From contig JBPCLO010000026.1 in the NCBI GenBank assembly GCA_051003155.1, positions 96,001 to 160,000 on the forward strand: a stretch of 64,000 bases of DNA. Direction: 5' to 3'. The notes beneath the pieces are model-generated. The model had not been told where the DNA came from. It searched no databases and saw only the letters and a list, made by a program, of their open reading frames with translations. Below, piece after piece: positions 58,850-64,000 of the stretch (its first letter is position 1; every line of letters begins with the position of its first letter). A program made the position numbers and the translations under genes. Origin of the DNA: Fimbriimonadales bacterium. Its GTDB lineage: Bacteria; Armatimonadota; Fimbriimonadia; Fimbriimonadales; ATM1.

Positions 58850-59409
58850 GGCCGGCCTCCCACGAACATGAGCTGCACGTCGAAAATGAGCGCCGCGTTC
58901 GGCGGTATCGGGCTCCCGGGCTGCGGGTTCGCTCCATACGCCAGATCCGCGGGGATCGTGAGCTTTCGGCGCCCGCCGACCTTCATGCCCTTGAGCCCCT
59001 CCATCCAGCCGATGATCACTGCGGGCTCATTCGGGTCATAAGTGAACGTGTAAGGTTCGCCCTTATCCTTGTAAGAGGTGTCGAACATAAAGCCATCTGG
59101 CAAAGTGCCGACGTAATGCACCGTCACATTCGCACCCGGTACGATTTGCCTGCCAGAACCGACAACAATGTTCTCGATTTTCAGAGTCTTGATCTTCGCG
59201 GTCTCGTCGGCGACCTTGCGTTTGTCCACAGTCTTGGGAGGGTTCGCGGGTACAGGTATCGCCGGGGGATCGAGCTTGGTGTTTAGAGGCCGTACGCGCG
59301 ATGCCATTTCTTTTGTGAGGCCTTCGGCCACCTGGTTGATGTTCTTCGGTTTATCGCAACCCGCCACGATAGCGGCCAGGACGAGGGGGAGCAACGCTCG
59401 CATACCCAC
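58846..59409 (-). CDS. FKBP-type peptidyl-prolyl isomerase, lipoprotein
   Basis: VHYVGTL, FDTS, VIIGW, LAYG, IPPNAALIFDV; lipobox VAGC. Confidence 0.93.
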   Translation of the reverse strand: MGMRALLPLVLAAIVAGCDKPKNINQVAEGLTKEMASRVRPLNTKLDPPAIPVPANPPKTVDKRKVADETAKIKTLKIENIVVGSGRQIVPGANVTVHYVGTLPDGFMFDTSYKDKGEPYTFTYDPNEPAVIIGWMEGLKGMKVGGRRKLTIPADLAYGANPQPGSPIPPNAALIFDVQLMFVGGRP

Positions 59410-59444
59410 ATAGGGTACCTCGGAGGTAAGCTTACCCCTCGAAC

Positions 59445-59909
59445 ATGGCGAAGTCTGGGTCCAAAAAGCCCGATGGACCGGCGGCCATCGTCAATCGGCG
59501 CGCTCGCTACGATTACGAAATTCTTAGCACCTATGAGGCGGGAATTGCGCTGGAAGGTTCAGAGGTTAAGAGCGTCTTCCGCGGGCAGGTAAACCTGTCC
59601 GGGGCGTATTGCCGCGTCGATGAGGGTGAGGCTTGGCTCTATGATATGGACATTGCGCCGTATGAGAAAGCAGGGTCCTACGCCCCGGAAAGGCAGCGAA
59701 AGCGAAAGCTGCTTTTGCATAAGAAGGAGATCGAGCTTATCCGGCGTCGTTCGGAGGAGCGTGGTTTGGCGCTAATTCCCACGAGAGTCTATTTCCAGAA
59801 TCGACGGGTGAAGGTCGAGATTTCCATAGCGCGTGGTAGGCGCCAGTACGACAAGCGCGAGAAGATCGACGCAAAGACTGCGCGCAGGGAGAGCGAGTCT
59901 GGCGATTGA
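59445..59909 (+). CDS. smpB: SsrA-binding protein
   Basis: NRRARYDY, EAGIALEGSEVKS, RKLLLHKKEI, YDKRE. Confidence 0.98.
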   Translation: MAKSGSKKPDGPAAIVNRRARYDYEILSTYEAGIALEGSEVKSVFRGQVNLSGAYCRVDEGEAWLYDMDIAPYEKAGSYAPERQRKRKLLLHKKEIELIRRRSEERGLALIPTRVYFQNRRVKVEISIARGRRQYDKREKIDAKTARRESESGD

Positions 59910-59943
59910 TGGGTTTGCCGGCTCGATGCAGGCGCTGCGATGG

Positions 59944-60291
59944 CTACTCGTCGATCGGGCTAAAATGAATTACGGAGACCAGATGTCCCGTGGAGATCTT
60001 CTCGCCGTAGATTCTAGAAAGGAGTGCGGCGATGTCTTCGGTTGATCGGAATTCCGGATTTTCGCGCTCTACTTCTCGGGGGCTCATCTCGGCGATCGTT
60101 TTTACTTCTACGCGGTCAATAATAGCGCTATAGAGCTTTTGCCGCCTGCCGAACCGTTGGCCGGTCGTAATCCAGACAATTTCGCCCGAATGGTATTTAT
60201 CGCTTTTGTCACCCAAACGAACCGTCACGGATTTACGGTTCGTTCTAAGAATATCGAGATAAAGGTCCGAATAAAAGTTTATTGCGTACAT
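59944..60291 (-). CDS. ASCH domain RNA-binding protein
   Basis: AINFYS...RKSVTVRLGDKS.KY..G motif. Confidence 0.75.
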   Translation of the reverse strand: MYAINFYSDLYLDILRTNRKSVTVRLGDKSDKYHSGEIVWITTGQRFGRRQKLYSAIIDRVEVKTIAEMSPREVERENPEFRSTEDIAALLSRIYGEKISTGHLVSVIHFSPIDE

Positions 60292-60293
60292 AT

Positions 60294-62282
60294 TTAGGTG
60301 CGCTCTTTTGCTCCGAGTATTTTGATCGCATTGAATGCGCGCGCGCGGAAGTCGTTGGCCTCATCGTCGGTGAAGGTGCGGCTACGATGTCTCAAGAGTA
60401 CGGCCACACCGAGGCTGTGTTCACCGTCAGGAATTCCCTTGCCTTCGTAAACGTCGAAAAGCCAAACTTCTTCTGCATTTTCCCCGATAGCCGACAGAAT
60501 TGCCGATTCGATTTCTGAATAAGAGACGTCTTTGGCTATCGAAAACGCCATGTCCCGGCGCACCGACGGGTGGTGGCTAATCGGCTCGTATTCGATTTTT
60601 CGCCGATCGAAAGAGAACACTGTCTCGATATTTAGCTCGCCCATTAAGACTCCCGGATGGAGGTCCAGACTTTCCGCTGTATCGGCCTGCACTTCGCCGA
60701 TGATTCCTGTACAGATTCCGCCCACCATCACTTTCGCCTGACGGTTGGAGTGGAAGCGGTGATCGGTCGACGGCTCGAACTCGACATCGCGGCCCAAGAG
60801 GGATGCAACCTGCTCCACGACGCCTTTCGCTGCGTAGAAGTCCGCGTCTGGTCCGGTTGCGTCCTTCCAATAATCCGGGGTCAGTTTTGCGGATAACAGA
60901 AACGCCAGAGATCGTGATTCATGGTCTGCGGTAAAGATCCTACCGATTTCGAATAGTCTTAGCGAACGGCCCCGGTTTTTCGCGGCTGTCCTCGCCATGC
61001 CTGGCAGAATCGAGTTTCTCAGGAACGCCAACTCGGGCGCTGCGGGGTTTCTCAGTTGCACCTTTTCCCCACAAGAATCGAGAGGAGAGTGATCGGTTAG
61101 CGTGTGGTTTGCGACCTCGGTAAAGCCGAGCCTCAACATCGCATTGCGAGTCTGCGTCCTGATTGCGGCGTCAACGGACTCACCTCCTTGCGACGCGGAA
61201 CCGAACGGCAACGCCTCCGGAATCTTGTCGTAGCCCCAGAGCCGCCCTATTTCCTCGATCAGGTCTTCTTCGAGCGTCAGATCGTTGCGCCAGGTTGGCG
61301 GCGTGGCGCGAAGGCCCCCTTTGGTCTCCTCGACCCGGCAGCCGAGCGCGTTTAAAGATGCCGCTGCCGCTGCCTTCGGGACCTCCATGCCGAGCAATCG
61401 GTTCCACCTTGCCTCGCGAACCTCGATCCACCTTGGCTCCACGGGTCGATAGGAATCGTGTATCGAAGCGACCGGCTTTCCGAGCAACTCTGCGAACCGC
61501 AGGATCGCTCGAGCGGCGCCGTCGGGGTCGACAAACCGCTCAAAACGGTAGCTGGCTTCGGTGGTTGTGCCGAGAGCCTTGCGGGTCTTTCTTACCGAAA
61601 CTGGATCGAAGTGTGCGGATTCGAGCAGGATATTCCTGGTGGAGCCCGAGACTTCGCTATCTTCGCCTCCCATAACACCGGCGATCGCAACCGGACGCTC
61701 GGCGTCGCAGATCACCAGCATTCCAGGCTTCAGTTCGCGGTCGACCCCGTCGAGGGTTTTCAACTTCTCGCCGACCCGTGCGGAGCGGACGACGATGCGT
61801 CCCTCGCTTAGCTTGTCGAGATTGAAAGCGTGGAGCGGCTGGCCGAGCTCGAGCATAACGTAGTTCGTCGTATCGACGATTATGTTGATCGGACGCATAC
61901 CCGAAGCTGCAAGCCGTCGCTGGATCGTCTCGGAACTCGGGCCGATTGTGACGCCACGAAATACTCCTGCGGCATACCGGCTGCAATGGTCCCAGTCCAC
62001 GATCGTTGCGATTCCCGAGCCGTCGGCCGCGCTCGGTGGCGTCGAGAGTACGGTGAGGAATATCTCGGTTGGTTTGAATCGAAGAGGGTCTTTCGCAGCC
62101 AATTCGCGTGCGAGGCCGAGGATTGATAGACAATCGCCGCGATTGGGCGTCACTTTAAAGTCGAGGACGCCTCCCTCCTCGCTCTCCATCTCCAAACCGA
62201 GCATGGTGAGGACACTCCCGATTTCATCCGGCGTTGCGTCGGTTTCGACGAACTCCTTCAGCCACTCGACCGCGACCTTCAT
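60294..62282 (-). CDS. pheT: Phenylalanine--tRNA ligase beta subunit (short, 662 aa)
   Basis: WLKEFV, TPNRGDCLS, GQPLHAF, ASYRFER, DLIEEIGR, RRDMAF, DVYEG; ATGA overlap with pheS. Confidence 0.96.
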   Translation of the reverse strand: MKVAVEWLKEFVETDATPDEIGSVLTMLGLEMESEEGGVLDFKVTPNRGDCLSILGLARELAAKDPLRFKPTEIFLTVLSTPPSAADGSGIATIVDWDHCSRYAAGVFRGVTIGPSSETIQRRLAASGMRPINIIVDTTNYVMLELGQPLHAFNLDKLSEGRIVVRSARVGEKLKTLDGVDRELKPGMLVICDAERPVAIAGVMGGEDSEVSGSTRNILLESAHFDPVSVRKTRKALGTTTEASYRFERFVDPDGAARAILRFAELLGKPVASIHDSYRPVEPRWIEVREARWNRLLGMEVPKAAAAASLNALGCRVEETKGGLRATPPTWRNDLTLEEDLIEEIGRLWGYDKIPEALPFGSASQGGESVDAAIRTQTRNAMLRLGFTEVANHTLTDHSPLDSCGEKVQLRNPAAPELAFLRNSILPGMARTAAKNRGRSLRLFEIGRIFTADHESRSLAFLLSAKLTPDYWKDATGPDADFYAAKGVVEQVASLLGRDVEFEPSTDHRFHSNRQAKVMVGGICTGIIGEVQADTAESLDLHPGVLMGELNIETVFSFDRRKIEYEPISHHPSVRRDMAFSIAKDVSYSEIESAILSAIGENAEEVWLFDVYEGKGIPDGEHSLGVAVLLRHRSRTFTDDEANDFRARAFNAIKILGAKERT

Positions 62283-63301
62283 GCCGGGAACTGCTCCAGG
62301 AACCTGAGGTCGTTGTCGTAAAAGAGGCGGAGATCGTCGACGCGGTACTGCATCATCGGAATCCGCTCGACTCCTAGACCGAATGCGAAACCGCTGTACT
62401 TCTCTGTGTCGAAGCCGTGAGCGCGCATGATGTTCGGATGGATGAGCCCGGCGCCGCCAAGTTCGATCCAACCCGCGCTCTTGCAGATGGGGCAACCAGT
62501 GCCACTGCAAAAGGGGCACGAGATAGCGTAATCTACGCCAGGCTCGACGAATGGGAAGAAATCCGGCCGGAATCGCACCTGAACGCCCGGCCCGAACATT
62601 GAGCGCGCGAAAGCCCCCAGCGTTCCTTTCAGATGATGCATCCCAATACCTTCGTCGATCATGAACGCATCGACCTGCCCAAAAGTGTGGCCGTGCGTGC
62701 GGTCAACCGCCTCGTTTCGGAAGCATCGTCCGACCGTGAACACCCTCATTGGCGGCCTTTTGTTTTCGAATGTGCGCCCTTGGATCGCGGTGCCTTGCGT
62801 TCGCAGCACGCGCTCGTCGTCGACGTAAAACGTGTCCTGATCATCCATCGCCGGATGTTCAGGAGGATAGTTTAGTGCCGTAAAGTTATATTTAACTAGC
62901 TCAAGTTCGGGTCCTTCGACGAATTCGAACCCTAGGCCGATCAGCGCTCCCTTGATTCGGTCTTCGGTCTGGCCGAGAATGTGCTGAAGGCCGACGGGGA
63001 CCTTCCTTGCGGGCATGGTGATGTCGATCGATTCCTTGGCAACACGTTCGCCTAGCTCGGAAGCTTTCAGCTGGCTCATGCGGGTGTCGATAATTTGTTG
63101 AAGCTTCGCCTTGGCCTCGTTCAGTGCCCTTCCAAAGCCGGGTTTCTCCTCTGGCGGGAGAGAACCGATCTGACGAAGCAGGCCCGTGTATTCGCCATTT
63201 CGTCCGAGATACTTGATCTCTAACTCGCGCACGGCAACCGTCGTTTCCGCCGAGGCAACCGCATCCATGGCTACCACCTCGAGCTCTCCGAGGGGATTCA
63301 T
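62279..63301 (-). CDS. pheS: Phenylalanine--tRNA ligase alpha subunit
   Basis: HPAMDDQDTF, FFPFVEP, GFAFGLGVER. Confidence 0.98.
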   Translation of the reverse strand: MNPLGELEVVAMDAVASAETTVAVRELEIKYLGRNGEYTGLLRQIGSLPPEEKPGFGRALNEAKAKLQQIIDTRMSQLKASELGERVAKESIDITMPARKVPVGLQHILGQTEDRIKGALIGLGFEFVEGPELELVKYNFTALNYPPEHPAMDDQDTFYVDDERVLRTQGTAIQGRTFENKRPPMRVFTVGRCFRNEAVDRTHGHTFGQVDAFMIDEGIGMHHLKGTLGAFARSMFGPGVQVRFRPDFFPFVEPGVDYAISCPFCSGTGCPICKSAGWIELGGAGLIHPNIMRAHGFDTEKYSGFAFGLGVERIPMMQYRVDDLRLFYDNDLRFLEQFPA

Positions 63302-63816
63302 TTTAACTGGCCCCAAGATACGGCCCCTGCTACACAGGCAAAGACGAGCGGCCACGGGTTTCCGAAAATCACGGTGAGAACCTGGCCACCGCCCATCTCA
63401 TGCAAAGCTCCGTCGGCAAGCAGCTTGAACGGCGCAACCATCGCGCCGATGATGAACCCCAGCGCCGTGATTCCGCCAACGAGAAGACTGCTCTTTCGCT
63501 GGACGATTCGCTGGATAATTTGCCCCACGAAACCGCCAACGATGGCGCCCGCGAAAATAAGGAAAAAGCCTATGCTTTGCGGAATGACGTAGGAAGCGAT
63601 GAAACCGAGAGCGAATCCCGCGAGCGAACCGCCGGCCAGTTGGCCAGGCGACAGGCTATGGGTGGCAAAGCGCTCGAGGCCACACTTGCGGCACCGATAA
63701 CCTACCGGTGTCAAAACGGCGCACGAGGGGCAAATATAAGTCTCGCACCGGCTACAACGCAACACCGTTTCAACATCTGTGTGCTTGTCGCAATAAGTTT
63801 TGCGGTCACGCTCCAT
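63298..63816 (-). CDS. B-box-like zinc finger plus TM protein
   Basis: YCDKH...LRCSRCETYICPSC....PVGYRC..C followed by about 4 TMs. Confidence 0.8.
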   Translation of the reverse strand: MERDRKTYCDKHTDVETVLRCSRCETYICPSCAVLTPVGYRCRKCGLERFATHSLSPGQLAGGSLAGFALGFIASYVIPQSIGFFLIFAGAIVGGFVGQIIQRIVQRKSSLLVGGITALGFIIGAMVAPFKLLADGALHEMGGGQVLTVIFGNPWPLVFACVAGAVSWGQLK

Positions 63817-63833
63817 AGGCTCCAACGAAAACT

Positions 63834-64000
63834 CTACGCGGTGGCAGTTTTCGCCTTAACGGCTAGGTTCGCGAACGCGGCCGGATCTGAGATTGCCAGA
63901 TCACTCAGAATCTTGCGGTCGATCTGGATGCCGGCCTCGGTCAAGCCGTGAATAAAGGCGGAGTACCGGATATCGTTTGCCAGGCAGCCGGCGCTGATGC
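63834..64000 (-). CDS. rplT: 50S ribosomal protein L20 (5' end outside the window)
   Basis: ISAGCLANDIRYSAFIHGLTEAGIQIDRKILSDLAISDPAAF. Confidence 0.95.
   Translation of the reverse strand, partial: ISAGCLANDIRYSAFIHGLTEAGIQIDRKILSDLAISDPAAFANLAVKAKTATA

Overview
A GC-rich bacterial chromosome segment; an Armatimonadota (Fimbriimonadia-like) origin is my inference from gene content and protein style, not a database result. It is mostly housekeeping genes: rpsT, rnhC, comEA, glyA, clpC, icd, msrB, infC-rpmI, sepF-yggS-secG, hsp20-lon, tsaD-rimI, smpB, pheST, rplT and tRNA-Ser(TGA). Short variable pockets full of gene fragments lie between them. I found no CRISPR array, integrase, transposase or reverse transcriptase. 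Main observations: (1) two independent scars with the same geometry (17.2-18.1 kb and 32.1-38.5 kb), in which a synonymously diverged 3' end of the next core gene is fused by microhomology into a second copy of an upstream gene, resembling homology-facilitated illegitimate recombination with DNA from relatives; (2) an about 450-nt intergenic region (54.14-54.59 kb) with nested, G-U-supported helices that matches no RNA family I recognise; (3) a shared C-terminal domain on unrelated secreted proteins, a candidate lineage-specific sorting or anchoring domain; (4) the Thermus-type IDH C-terminal domain encoded as a separate gene upstream of icd; (5) a split infC-rpmI / rplT-pheST operon, with infC overlapping rpmI by 164 nt.
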